In this document: piece by piece, positions 19,561 to 29,129 of the stretch
How the letters are laid out: each line of letters opens with the position of its first letter
Position numbering within the stretch: the stretch's first letter is position 1
Assembly (NCBI GenBank): GCA_963781955.1
Contig: CAWAHU010000002.1
Coordinates: 51,582-115,581 of the forward strand
Source of the DNA: an uncultured Acidimicrobiaceae bacterium
GTDB lineage: Bacteria; Actinomycetota; Acidimicrobiia; Acidimicrobiales; RAAP-2
Length of the DNA stretch: 64,000 nt
Reading direction: 5' to 3'
Program-made: the position numbers and the translations under genes
The notes under the pieces: generated by a model
The model's input: the letters and a program-made list of their open reading frames with translations, nothing else
The model's database searches: none
What the model was told of the DNA's origin: nothing

Positions 19561-19920
19561 TCATTCCTGTGGCTGCAACGCCCAGACGGTCGGCTGGGTC
19601 GCCACGACCCGGTCACCCGATACCACGCGGGCCACCTCTGCGTCGCTGACGAGGTCTGGCGTTGGCGCGTAGCCCTCAACCTGGCGGTGGCCCAAAATGT
19701 GGTGCCAAAAGTCTGACTCTTGTGCCGCCGACTCGAGACACTCCGTTTGACCCTCCCGGAGAGTCCTGTGATGGCGGTATGACCCGACCAGAACCGGCGC
19801 CACGGCGGTGGCCACCGCCACCGCCGTCAGTGGGATCGTCAAGTAGAACATGGTCATAGTGGTTGAACGGGCGTTGACGAATGAATGCCTCGCCATCCCT
19901 CCTCTCTCCACTCCCTCCAT
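19561..19920 (-). CDS. Hypothetical small membrane-anchored protein
   Basis: ORF in the lower-G+C islet. An internal ATG at 19857 gives MTMFYLTIPLTAVAVATAVAPVLVGSY (one TM helix). No recognisable family. Confidence 0.3.
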   Translation of the reverse strand: MEGVERGGMARHSFVNARSTTMTMFYLTIPLTAVAVATAVAPVLVGSYRHHRTLREGQTECLESAAQESDFWHHILGHRQVEGYAPTPDLVSDAEVARVVSGDRVVATQPTVWALQPQE

Positions 19921-20125
19921 ACCCAGTCTCTTGCCCGTTACTTCACAGCCATCTGAACTTCGTTGCCACCAGGTAGGGCCGTCCAGAACCCCGCGAGCGA
20001 CAAGGTATCCACGTACGCCACACGGGACATGGTGAACCGCCCCGGGGGCTCTGGTGACTGCTCCTCCCCTTGAGAGGATGGAGCAAATCCCAGAGAAGAG
20101 CGGGGCGGGACGGGGTCCTAAGGGT

Positions 20126-21295
20126 TCAAGGAGCAGCGAGCCGAAGGTCCACCCACGTCATGATCGCAGCGAGATAGTTGGAAGGACTTGCCGGGTCGGA
20201 GTTGGTCAAACCCGCATGCGTCGTGACGACGTGAAGCGAACAACTCGGAGTGCCGGATAACTGAACGCAAAGAGGGAGGTTCTCAGAGGTGGCGCTCGAC
20301 CCTTCGGCCGTGATGGCAGCCGCCAGGGGCTGATGATCGCAGTCGGTAGCCCCCATGGTGACGACAGAGCCATTTCGCAGTGGACACTGCATTGGGGTAC
20401 TCCCGCAGGTATTGGTATCGGCATGATTCCAGATGTGGAGCAACGGCACCGTGAGCTGACCACTCGCCACGAGCTTGTCCACCTCGTCGTTGACGTCGGC
20501 GATCTGGGGATCCACCCGTTGGGAGATTATCGGCTGGGCATTCGGATCGAAGTTTCCGTTCCGACAGACGCCCTGTGCGTACGCGGCGGTACCTTCCTCC
20601 ACGTTGACGACACTCGCATCGCCGACCACCCCTGCGGGTGCGTTCCCTGAGAGCTGTTCTGACCAGCCGACATAGTAAGCGCCGGCAGAACCGGCACTCC
20701 CCCCGGCCAGGAAGTACTTCGACGTTGTGTATTTGCCTTCAGTGAGGGCAATAGCCGCCTTGGTGGCCTGGAGTCCGTTGGTAGCTCTCGCTGACCCGTC
20801 CAAGTTCTTGTTCGGATTATTTGGATCGGTCTGGCCCGTGCCGCTGTAGATGTCGCGGTTGCAGTAGGAGACGGCCAACATGCGGAATCCGGCGGGATCG
20901 GCTTGGATGTTGGCCGATAGCCCTGCGTTGGTGAGTGAGGCCTGGAGCGAAGCCGCCGAGTTCTCGGTCATCTGTGATGCATCAGGCCGTGGAGTCCCCG
21001 AGGAGTCGAAATACCCCACGCCGCCCCCGTGCATCCACACCCAAAGCGGCGAGGAGGCTGTGGGTGATGATCCCACCTTTGTCCCCACGACAAAGGTCTG
21101 ATAGCCGCTAATGCTGCAGGGGTAGGCCGAGTTCCGATAGAAGTCGTACTGCCAGCCGTTCACCGTGGTGGAACTGACGAGATTGATCTGCGACGTGTCA
21201 CCCGCCACGACAAGACAGGCGGTATTCGCAACGGCGAGGACGAGGAATCCGACCACGAGACTGATCACACGTCGCAAGGAGGAGCTGCCTTTCAC
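20126..21295 (-). CDS. Secreted alpha/beta hydrolase, pectin-acetylesterase (PAE/Notum)-like
   Basis: Signal peptide MKGSSSLRRVISLVVGFLVLAVANTA. Motifs WVWMHGGGVGYF, VSYCNRDIYSG and the nucleophile elbow LAGGSAGSAGAY. Cys-rich C-terminal part. Composition differs from the backbone. Confidence 0.6.
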   Translation of the reverse strand: MKGSSSLRRVISLVVGFLVLAVANTACLVVAGDTSQINLVSSTTVNGWQYDFYRNSAYPCSISGYQTFVVGTKVGSSPTASSPLWVWMHGGGVGYFDSSGTPRPDASQMTENSAASLQASLTNAGLSANIQADPAGFRMLAVSYCNRDIYSGTGQTDPNNPNKNLDGSARATNGLQATKAAIALTEGKYTTSKYFLAGGSAGSAGAYYVGWSEQLSGNAPAGVVGDASVVNVEEGTAAYAQGVCRNGNFDPNAQPIISQRVDPQIADVNDEVDKLVASGQLTVPLLHIWNHADTNTCGSTPMQCPLRNGSVVTMGATDCDHQPLAAAITAEGSSATSENLPLCVQLSGTPSCSLHVVTTHAGLTNSDPASPSNYLAAIMTWVDLRLAAP

Positions 21296-21530
21296 AAGGG
21301 TCGCGGATGCTTACCTCTACCACGAATCTGTAAGGACAGTATGAGGAACGGATGGCTCTTTGTCGGCCGTCCCACCTTCCCGGCGAAGTGGGCAAGTCCC
21401 AGAAGAATGCCGTCTTGGTCACATACCCATCGGCGATGACGATGTCTTGCTGCCCGATGGCGAGTTTTCGGCAGAACGAGAGCGTTCTGGAATTGAGTCG
21501 TGCTCTTCTCATGGGGACCTGGAAATCAGA

Positions 21531-22928
21531 TCAGAGTCTGGCGAACGCGGCCGCTTCTTCTTCGAATGAAGCGGCCGCCTCCTTGTGGACACTGGGGCGC
21601 GTCCGCGACACGGCGTCGGTGCAGTCGTCGGATGTCACCGCAGGCACACCACCGGCGAGCGCCCGCTCGAATGCGAGCTGGGCGGCTCGCTGGGCGGCCA
21701 GCGCGAAGTCGGCAGGCGTGAAGCCCTCCGTGCGCTCGGCGATGTCCTCGGCATCACAGGTCTCCAGGAACTCGGCCGCCAGCTCAGCACGTCCGGCCCT
21801 GTCAGGCGCGCCGATCGGGATGATGAGATCGAAGCGTCCTGGTCGGAGCATGGCCGGATCGATTGAGGCGATTGAGTTTGTTGCCATCACCATGAGTCGA
21901 CCCGGGCGGGACTTGAAAACTGGAATCGCCTTGAGCAGCTCGTTCACGATCGGCTGGCTCTCGGGTCGACTGGCGCGCTTCGACGCAATTTCGTCCGCTT
22001 CGTCGAGGAAACACACCAAGCGGTCCACGTGCGCGAGGTCTTCAAGCGCGGCACGGAGAGCCGCTGCGCCCGCGGTGCCATGGCCCAGGAGTGAGGGGTG
22101 AAGCTCGACGAACGCCCAGGAAAGTCGGGAGGCCATGGCACGGGCAAATGAGGTCTTGCCCGTGCCGGGCGGCCCGAAGAGCATCACTGCCGCGGGAGCT
22201 CGGAGCCCGACACTGTCCGCCAGGTCGGAATGTGCCAGAGGAGCGACGATCCGGCGCTCCAGGAGCTCCTTGGTTGTCGAGAAGCCCTTTATCTCTTCCC
22301 ACAGCCCCACGGCCGGGAAGTGGCCTCCGTAGCGCTCCACGATCTCGAGCTCCTCGGGCACCATGGAGGCAGATCTGATGTAGAAGTGGAGCCTGTCAAT
22401 CCGGTCGAAACCCTGGTGAGCGAACGCGACCTCCCCGACTTGACCGGGCTCGACCAGAGCCAGCATGCGCAGGGCGCCGTGATGGATCGCCTCCTGGTCA
22501 AGTTCGCGAAGCAGCGCAGAGCCGATGCCCCGGTTCCGCCAACTCGGGTGCAGGGCGAGGGCCAGCAGATGAGCGTCGCGACCGGCCATACGAGCGATGG
22601 CGACGCCAACGAGCTGGCCCGACGAGAATGCAACCGCGGCCGGCTGGTTTTCGTTGAGCGCCTGAACCACGTCACTGCGGCTGTAGGCGGCGGCCGTTGC
22701 CGTGCCGGCCACATCGATGAGGCGCGCGATATCCTCCACGGGAGCCAATGGATCCCTGTGGTCCACTCGCTGTACCCGCCATGCCTGCGTCACGCGTCCA
22801 GTCTTGCTTGTTGAGGCCCGACGCAGTGCCACTCGGAATAGAGCAAACGGTCGCGTCGTGTCAGAGACGGTCGTAAGCGGCCAGAGTGCCAGCTCAAAGC
22901 AGATACGCCCCAGTTCGGAACAGTTCAT
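21531..22928 (-). CDS. GNAT N-acetyltransferase fused to a classic AAA+ (Cdc48/FtsH-clade) ATPase
   Basis: GNAT acetyl-CoA motif LALHPSWRNRGIGSALL. AAA module with Walker A LFGPPGTGKTSFA, Walker B VCFLDEADE and second region of homology ATNSIASIDPAMLRPGRFD. The start is uncertain. ATG 22928 was chosen, and the track start at 23174 adds a Pro/Gly-rich extension. Confidence 0.75.
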   Translation of the reverse strand: MNCSELGRICFELALWPLTTVSDTTRPFALFRVALRRASTSKTGRVTQAWRVQRVDHRDPLAPVEDIARLIDVAGTATAAAYSRSDVVQALNENQPAAVAFSSGQLVGVAIARMAGRDAHLLALALHPSWRNRGIGSALLRELDQEAIHHGALRMLALVEPGQVGEVAFAHQGFDRIDRLHFYIRSASMVPEELEIVERYGGHFPAVGLWEEIKGFSTTKELLERRIVAPLAHSDLADSVGLRAPAAVMLFGPPGTGKTSFARAMASRLSWAFVELHPSLLGHGTAGAAALRAALEDLAHVDRLVCFLDEADEIASKRASRPESQPIVNELLKAIPVFKSRPGRLMVMATNSIASIDPAMLRPGRFDLIIPIGAPDRAGRAELAAEFLETCDAEDIAERTEGFTPADFALAAQRAAQLAFERALAGGVPAVTSDDCTDAVSRTRPSVHKEAAASFEEEAAAFARL

Positions 22929-23344
22929 CCCAGCGGACAGGTTGAACCCAAGCGTGCCCACTCGTGCCAAACGACCCCAGTCCCAGCGAAGTGGTGCACC
23001 CTGGGGCCAGCCCGGTATCGGATTCCGAGCGGGGGCTTCCTTGGCTCCGGGGGCTATCCAGATGGTGCCCTGCGGGGGGGCAGGGGTCTCGAGATGGACG
23101 GGTGGGGCGCTCAGGGGCCCCGGTCGGCCGCGCCAGGATGGTTGTGGTCGCGGTCCGGCCGCAGAAGTGGCCACACGATCTCAAGAGGACCGGGGACGTA
23201 CGGCAACTTGACGGACCGAATTCCAGCTGAGTTGGACTCCTCCGGAGGAAGAATGTTGATGGCGCATCGTGTCCCCGAGACCCTCTCAGCAGCTCGGGCT
23301 ACGCGCTGCCGCGGCGTTGGAGCTGAATCCGGGGTTCATCGACA

Positions 23345-24556
23345 ATGATGTCACCAATAGTAGAAGGTCGACCTGGCGATGCCATGGCTCCGCGGCCCGG
23401 CCCCGATCCCCATGCGCTCGACCCCGACGTGGTGGCAGCGGCGCGTGCGGCCCTCGACGAAGGCCACCTGTTCCGCTACGACTCGTCCTCGCCCGCCGCC
23501 AGCTCCGCCTCGTGCTTCGAGCGCGAGTTCGCCGACTTCCTCGGCTCCCGCTACGCCGTGGCCGTCAACTCGTGCAGCTCGGCCATCTTCCTCGCCCTGA
23601 CTTCGTGCGGCATCCGGCCCGGCGACGAGGTTCTCATCCCCGCCTTCACCTTCGTGGCCGTGCCCAGTGCGGTGGTGCATGCCGGAGCCCGCCCGGTGCT
23701 GGTGGAGTCGACGGGCGATCTGGCCATCGACACCGACGACCTGCAACGCAAAATCACGCCGCGCACGCGCGCCTTGCTGCTCTCGTACATGCGCGGCTTC
23801 GTCCCGGACCTCGAACGGGTGATGGCGATCTGCTCCGAACGCGGCGTGCAGGTGGTCGAGGACGTCGCGCACGGGCTCGGCGTGCGGTGGGGCGGCGTCC
23901 ACCTCGGCCGCTTCGGGCGTGCCGCGGCCTTCAGTTTCCAGTCGCACAAGCGCCTCGACGGTGGCGAGGGGGGCATGGTCGTCACCGACGACCGCGAGGT
24001 GGCGCTGCGGGCGCTGGTGCAGTCGGGCTGTTACGACGACAACTGGAAGCTCCACTTCCTCGACGACGAGGACCACGCGTGGCTCGAGGCGCACGCGCTC
24101 TCCCTCCCCGCCTTCGGCATGCGGATGTCCAACCTGACTGCCGCCCTGCTCCGGCCGCAGCTCCGGCGGCTCGAGCCGCAGCTCGAGCGCTTCCGCACCC
24201 GGTTCCGCACGGTGGCCGACGGCCTGGCCGGATGCCCGGTCCGCCTGCCCGTCCAGCCGGACCGGGTGACCCCGGTGCCCGACTCGCTGCAGTTCGAGCT
24301 GACCTCGTTCGGGCCGGAACGGATCCGGCGCGTCGTGGAGCACTGCCACCGGCGTGGCGTGCGGCTCCAGGTCTTCGGCCTCGATCCCGCCAACTCCCGG
24401 TGCTTCTGGAACTGGCGGTTCTTCGAGACCCAGGAGTGCCCGGGCACACGCGCCCTGCTGGAACGGCTTGCCGACGTGCCCCTGCCGCTGTGGCTCCCCG
24501 ACGAGGACCTGACCCCGACGGTGCAGACGATCGCGGAGGCGATCGAGGTCGCCTGA
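23345..24556 (+). CDS. DegT/DnrJ/EryC1/StrS-family PLP-dependent aminotransferase
   Basis: FEREFADFLGSRYAVAVNSCSSAIFLAL, DEVLIPAFTFVA, and the Schiff-base lysine context AAFSFQSHKRL. Confidence 0.85.
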   Translation: MMSPIVEGRPGDAMAPRPGPDPHALDPDVVAAARAALDEGHLFRYDSSSPAASSASCFEREFADFLGSRYAVAVNSCSSAIFLALTSCGIRPGDEVLIPAFTFVAVPSAVVHAGARPVLVESTGDLAIDTDDLQRKITPRTRALLLSYMRGFVPDLERVMAICSERGVQVVEDVAHGLGVRWGGVHLGRFGRAAAFSFQSHKRLDGGEGGMVVTDDREVALRALVQSGCYDDNWKLHFLDDEDHAWLEAHALSLPAFGMRMSNLTAALLRPQLRRLEPQLERFRTRFRTVADGLAGCPVRLPVQPDRVTPVPDSLQFELTSFGPERIRRVVEHCHRRGVRLQVFGLDPANSRCFWNWRFFETQECPGTRALLERLADVPLPLWLPDEDLTPTVQTIAEAIEVA

Positions 24557-24603
24557 CGCCGCCCCGGCGCCCCGGTGCGACGGCCACGACGGCCGGCGGC
24601 GGA

Positions 24604-26565
24604 TCAGGCCGGGCAGGCGCCGGCGGTCACGGTCACGTACACCTGACCGGGGCGGCCCACCGTCTGGATGGTGAGGTGGGTGGCGCCCGGGGATGACGTG
24701 ATGCGCCCGCCACGGATCGCGGCGCACCAGCCGTTCGGGTAGTGCTGCGACGCGGCGACGTCGATGGTCGTGACACCGCGGGCGGTCAGCGTCGGTGCGT
24801 ACGCCATCGTGAAGTCTCCGGTGAAGGGGTTGAACTGGATGGAGTTGGGATCCCCGGCGATCTGCTGCGGGTAGGTGCGCGACAGCACCGACACCACCGG
24901 TGAGTACGTGCCGTCGGGGAGGACGAGCCCTTCGGCGGACGAGCCGGTCGGGTCGCTGTAGAACTTCCAGGCCCAGTAGATCCACCCCACCTGGTCCAGC
25001 CCGGCCGCCTCGGCGTCGAAGCCGATCAGCTGGACGCTGGTCGAGGCGCCGAACTCGCTCATGAACATGGCCGGACCGGTCGGCTGGTCGGCCGAGCTCA
25101 TGGAGAGGCGGGTGACGTTCTGCTCGCTCGCGGTGACCTCTTCGGACTCCAGGCACCTGAGCAGGTCGGTGGGATTCCCGGTGATGGGGCTGCGGTCGCC
25201 GCAATAGACGTGGAAGTTGTACACGATGCGCGGGAACGGCATGGGTCCGAGCTGGGAGGGGATGTTCCCACCCTGGACCCAGTAGATGTCGGGCTCGGGG
25301 AACACCAGGTGCCGGTGGTCGATGGCCTCGATGGTCGGGACGACGCCGCTGTCGGGCACGGTCGGGGGACAGATGAGCGGGTCGGCGCCGTTGGCCAGAA
25401 ACCCGGTGTGCTGCTTGCCCGTGTAGAAGCACTCGAGCTGACCGGTGAACGTGGAGGTCGACGCCGTCTGGGTCTCCGTCGAGAAGGGCTCGTTGTAGGG
25501 GTCGTACCCGATCACCCACGGATCGTTCTTGAAGGTGCGGGCCACCGCCGCCCAGGCCAGGTCGAAGTTCCCCTGCAGGTTGCCCACGACGTCGTTGCTC
25601 CAGAAGTGCTGCACCGCGGTCTGGAGCTCGGGGTTGGCGTAGTTGTTGGACCACCGGCCCCCTTTGGGGACGATGGGCACGCCGTCGGTGCACACGGCCC
25701 AGTCCGGGGCGCCCTCACCCCGGAAGTTCCTGTTGTACACGTCCTGGTGCATGTCGAGCAGGGTGGAGATGCCGTAGCGGGCCAGGAGGTCGACGGCCGC
25801 CTTCACGTGGCGGAGGTAGTGCTGCGCCACGGCCGCGTTGAATTCGTGCGGCGCCCCGGGCGCGCCCGGGGTGCAGATGTTCGGCTGGTTCGGACCGCCC
25901 GAGCCCGGCTCGAGGCCCTGCCACTCGATGCCGAGCCGCACGACGTCGAAGCCGAGATCGCGGATCTGGCGGGCGTCCCTGGCGCTGAGGTCCCACGGCT
26001 TACCCGGGTCCGGGTACGCGATGTACGGAGGGTGCTTGTAGACCACGTTCACCCCGTGGAAGAGCACCACCCGACCCTGGGAGTCGTAGAGATAGGGGCC
26101 GCCCGGTGAATCGAGGAAGCTCGGGGTGCCGGGCGCCTTGGCCTGCGAGGTCACCCCGTCACTCTCCTGGTACTGCACGCCGGGCCCCCGCAACGGTTCG
26201 ATGTGGGGCACCAGCGCGTTGATGTTCGGCTGGTTGACCACGTGCCGGGGCGCGGTCGTGGTGGTCGTCGGCGCGCCCGGCGGGGCGGGGGTCGTAGGAA
26301 CCGGTGAGGTCGGAGCGGGCGAAGACCCGACGGTGGTGGGTGTGAGCGCGCTCGTCGCGGTCGTCCCGGACGTCGTGGTGGTGACCGGACGGGTCGTGGT
26401 GGTCGATGACGCGGGCAACGTGGTCGACGTCGCACGCGGTGCCTTCGCGGCACCTGCGTCAGCTGCCGCTCCCGAGCACACGGCCAGGGCCGTCACACCC
26501 AGCAGGCCCACCCGCAGCGCGATCACGCCACGACGAGGGCGAAGAGGAGCTCCCAGACGCCACAT
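24604..26565 (-). CDS. Secreted glycoside hydrolase family 5, endoglycoceramidase-like
   Basis: Signal peptide plus a Thr/Pro-rich linker. GH5 blocks GFDVVRLGIEWQGLEP, LLDMHQDVY, the acid/base YDPYNEPF and the nucleophile FMSEFG. Confidence 0.85.
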   Translation of the reverse strand: MWRLGAPLRPRRGVIALRVGLLGVTALAVCSGAAADAGAAKAPRATSTTLPASSTTTTRPVTTTTSGTTATSALTPTTVGSSPAPTSPVPTTPAPPGAPTTTTTAPRHVVNQPNINALVPHIEPLRGPGVQYQESDGVTSQAKAPGTPSFLDSPGGPYLYDSQGRVVLFHGVNVVYKHPPYIAYPDPGKPWDLSARDARQIRDLGFDVVRLGIEWQGLEPGSGGPNQPNICTPGAPGAPHEFNAAVAQHYLRHVKAAVDLLARYGISTLLDMHQDVYNRNFRGEGAPDWAVCTDGVPIVPKGGRWSNNYANPELQTAVQHFWSNDVVGNLQGNFDLAWAAVARTFKNDPWVIGYDPYNEPFSTETQTASTSTFTGQLECFYTGKQHTGFLANGADPLICPPTVPDSGVVPTIEAIDHRHLVFPEPDIYWVQGGNIPSQLGPMPFPRIVYNFHVYCGDRSPITGNPTDLLRCLESEEVTASEQNVTRLSMSSADQPTGPAMFMSEFGASTSVQLIGFDAEAAGLDQVGWIYWAWKFYSDPTGSSAEGLVLPDGTYSPVVSVLSRTYPQQIAGDPNSIQFNPFTGDFTMAYAPTLTARGVTTIDVAASQHYPNGWCAAIRGGRITSSPGATHLTIQTVGRPGQVYVTVTAGACPA

Positions 26566-26612
26566 TCGAACTGCTCACCGTAGCGGTTGACCGTCGCTCC
26601 CGACCGCATGGT

Positions 26613-28982
26613 TCAGACCAGGACGGAGCGCCTTCTCTGCCGCAGGAAGAGATCCGCCGACGCGAGGAGATCGGCCTGCATCTGGCCCTGGGACTCGAGC
26701 AATTCATCGGCCCACAACATCTGGAGTGTCGTCCGCACCCGGTCCGTGCGCCGTTGCGCCCGGACGTCCTCGAGGGCCCGGCGCAGCGCGTGGTGGAGCA
26801 CCCCATCGTGGACCAGCGGATCCTCGAGAGAGCCGCGCCGGTCGATCAGCATGTCCGCGAACTCCCGATACCAGCGGTGCGTGGCGGCATACGAGTCCCG
26901 CAGCACCGCCTCGGCCATGGCGACGGACTCAACCTCCGTCCGACCCGGCGACGGGGGCTCCACGGGCAACGTGGCCAGGGTGAACGCGGCCAGGCGGATC
27001 CGGTTGGACCCGGTGAAGAGGCGTGCGATCGTGTCGAGCGGCACCACCTTGGCGCCCCGCTCGGCGAAGAACTGACGAAAGGCGTCGTCGAGCAAGAGAT
27101 AGGCGCGGTGCGCAGCCAGCTGGGCCACCACCGTGTCCACCTGGTGGCTCGTGCGAGTCAGGCGGTCCACGGCGTCGGCCAGGTAGCCGGAGCTCGCCAC
27201 GAACGCATCGGCGAGCGCCCGGCCGAGAGCCGCCGTGGCTCCACGCGGCCAGAAGAGGAGACCGACCACGATGCTCACACCGCAGCCGATCGCAACGTCC
27301 TCGATGCGGGTCAGCCCTACCATCCACCCCACCGGCTGGACGATGTTGAACAACATGATCACCGTCACCGAGAAGGCCGCCTGCCCGGCGACGAACGAGA
27401 TCATCGACGGGGCGATCCCCGACACGAACACGCCGATCGGGAGCAGCACCCACAGCAAGGCCGTGTGGTCGGCGACCGCAACCATGATGACCGAGGCGAC
27501 CACCACGCCCAAGGCCGTGCCGACCACCGCTCGCAGCGCAGTGGCCCCGGTCCCGACGGCGTTCGAGCGGAGCACCGACATCGTCCCGAGGACGACCCAG
27601 AACCCGTGCTGGACGTCGGTGATCTCCGCGATGGCCACGGCGATGGCTAGACCGATGGCTCCCCGCAGTGCGTTGCGGAACCACACCGAGCGAAAGGACA
27701 GATGGGAGCGCAGACGGTGCACGAACACGTGTGGAGTCGACTCGTCGAGGGTGCCGAACCTCCGGTCCAGCACCCCCGTCACCCCCGCGGCTTCGAGGGC
27801 GCCGTCGGCCACCATCTCCGTGGCGATTCCTATGGCCCGGGCGTGGAATCCCGGGTCGAGGGTGGCGGTGAAGCTCTCGGCCCCGACGCCAGGATCGGCC
27901 AGGGCGCTCCTGGTGAGGTCCGGCGCGCCGCCAGCGACGGACGAGACGTCGGACTGGAGCGCGGCGGCGATCAGCCCGTCGAGCTCCCGGGTGGCCTGCT
28001 CCAACTCCTCGATCCTTGTGGGATCCCGGACGGCGTGCCCGTCGCCGTCACAGAGGAGTGCCGCGGCGCAGTAGAGCGTCTCGGCCACTTTGGACGTGAC
28101 GGCGCGCGCCGGAAGCGGCTCGGTGACCCAGTGTTCGTCGCCGATCACGGCGCTGTTGCCGGCCACCCACTCCACCCGGCCGACCAGCTTCGACAGCGCC
28201 ACGGCACCGGCGGCGGCGGCGGTCGGCGGATACGGCGTGGCTGAGAACTGCGCGCGCAGTCGTGCCAGCTCCTCGGCAACCTGCGCGAGCACACCGGAGG
28301 TGTCCGCCCCGCGCACCCGTGCCTCAGCCAGGTTCGCCACCGCGGTCACCACCGCAGCCAACCGCCGCCGCAGGTCGTCGTGCCACGGGGGTGGCCACAC
28401 GAGCAGGCAGGCCGGCACCGCCACGGCGGCGGCAATGACCCAGCCCAGCAACCGCGGGCCCACCGACGACGACGGTGCCGCGATCGACACGGGCAGCACG
28501 AAGGTGAGGAGCACGGCTGTGCTGGCCGTGGCCGCCCGGGGCGCGAGGATGCCCGCGAACAGGACGCAGAAAGCGACCAGAGCCATCGTCATCACGGCCG
28601 CAACCTTGCTCGTCGACACGACGGTGCCCAGGGAGACGAGGCCCGCACCGACCAGGAAGAGCGCGCCGTACGCGGTGACGCGCTGGCGGATGGGGCCGGT
28701 GAACTCGACGAACAGAAGGATGGCGAACGCGCCGAACGCGCCGAACAACCCCACCTGGGGATCGGAGAACGACTCGTGGGTGACTGCGAAGACCGTGGGT
28801 ACCACCACGGCGGCCCGCAGGGAGCGCTTGCACGCGAGGAACCCGGGGTCCCGGGCGGCCAGCCGGCCGAACGCGGCCGACCGGGTGCGGTCGTGAACGG
28901 GAGGCGCCGGCATGCCGACGCTGCTCATGAGGGGCTCATGGGAATTCCGGTCCATCCTCCCGAAGGCCAGGGCACGGGGCAA
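26613..28982 (-). CDS. FUSC (fusaric-acid-resistance-like) family membrane protein
   Basis: 789 aa. Two blocks of about six TM helices are separated and followed by large helical cytoplasmic domains. The exact start is uncertain. Confidence 0.7.
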   Translation of the reverse strand: MPRALAFGRMDRNSHEPLMSSVGMPAPPVHDRTRSAAFGRLAARDPGFLACKRSLRAAVVVPTVFAVTHESFSDPQVGLFGAFGAFAILLFVEFTGPIRQRVTAYGALFLVGAGLVSLGTVVSTSKVAAVMTMALVAFCVLFAGILAPRAATASTAVLLTFVLPVSIAAPSSSVGPRLLGWVIAAAVAVPACLLVWPPPWHDDLRRRLAAVVTAVANLAEARVRGADTSGVLAQVAEELARLRAQFSATPYPPTAAAAGAVALSKLVGRVEWVAGNSAVIGDEHWVTEPLPARAVTSKVAETLYCAAALLCDGDGHAVRDPTRIEELEQATRELDGLIAAALQSDVSSVAGGAPDLTRSALADPGVGAESFTATLDPGFHARAIGIATEMVADGALEAAGVTGVLDRRFGTLDESTPHVFVHRLRSHLSFRSVWFRNALRGAIGLAIAVAIAEITDVQHGFWVVLGTMSVLRSNAVGTGATALRAVVGTALGVVVASVIMVAVADHTALLWVLLPIGVFVSGIAPSMISFVAGQAAFSVTVIMLFNIVQPVGWMVGLTRIEDVAIGCGVSIVVGLLFWPRGATAALGRALADAFVASSGYLADAVDRLTRTSHQVDTVVAQLAAHRAYLLLDDAFRQFFAERGAKVVPLDTIARLFTGSNRIRLAAFTLATLPVEPPSPGRTEVESVAMAEAVLRDSYAATHRWYREFADMLIDRRGSLEDPLVHDGVLHHALRRALEDVRAQRRTDRVRTTLQMLWADELLESQGQMQADLLASADLFLRQRRRSVLV

Positions 28983-29129
28983 GGAGAGTAAGGGGCCTGC
29001 AAAGCCCCGTACGGCGGTGGTGCACCACGGCGGCGATCACCGACCGCGGCGGCGCGGGCCTCGGCGGTAGTGTCGCCCGCGATGTGGACGGGATTCACCC
29101 GGTGGCCGAACGGCAGGGCGAGGTAGTCC

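Noticed and set aside
21198-21512. 104-aa ORF between the hydrolase and the GNAT-AAA gene
   Set aside because: It overlaps the hydrolase start by ~100 nt, has no RBS or motif, and has Arg/Cys-rich composition. Probably non-coding promoter region.
23351-25693. 780-aa minus-strand ORF
   Set aside because: Antisense to the DegT gene and an alternative frame of the GH5 gene, with no motifs.
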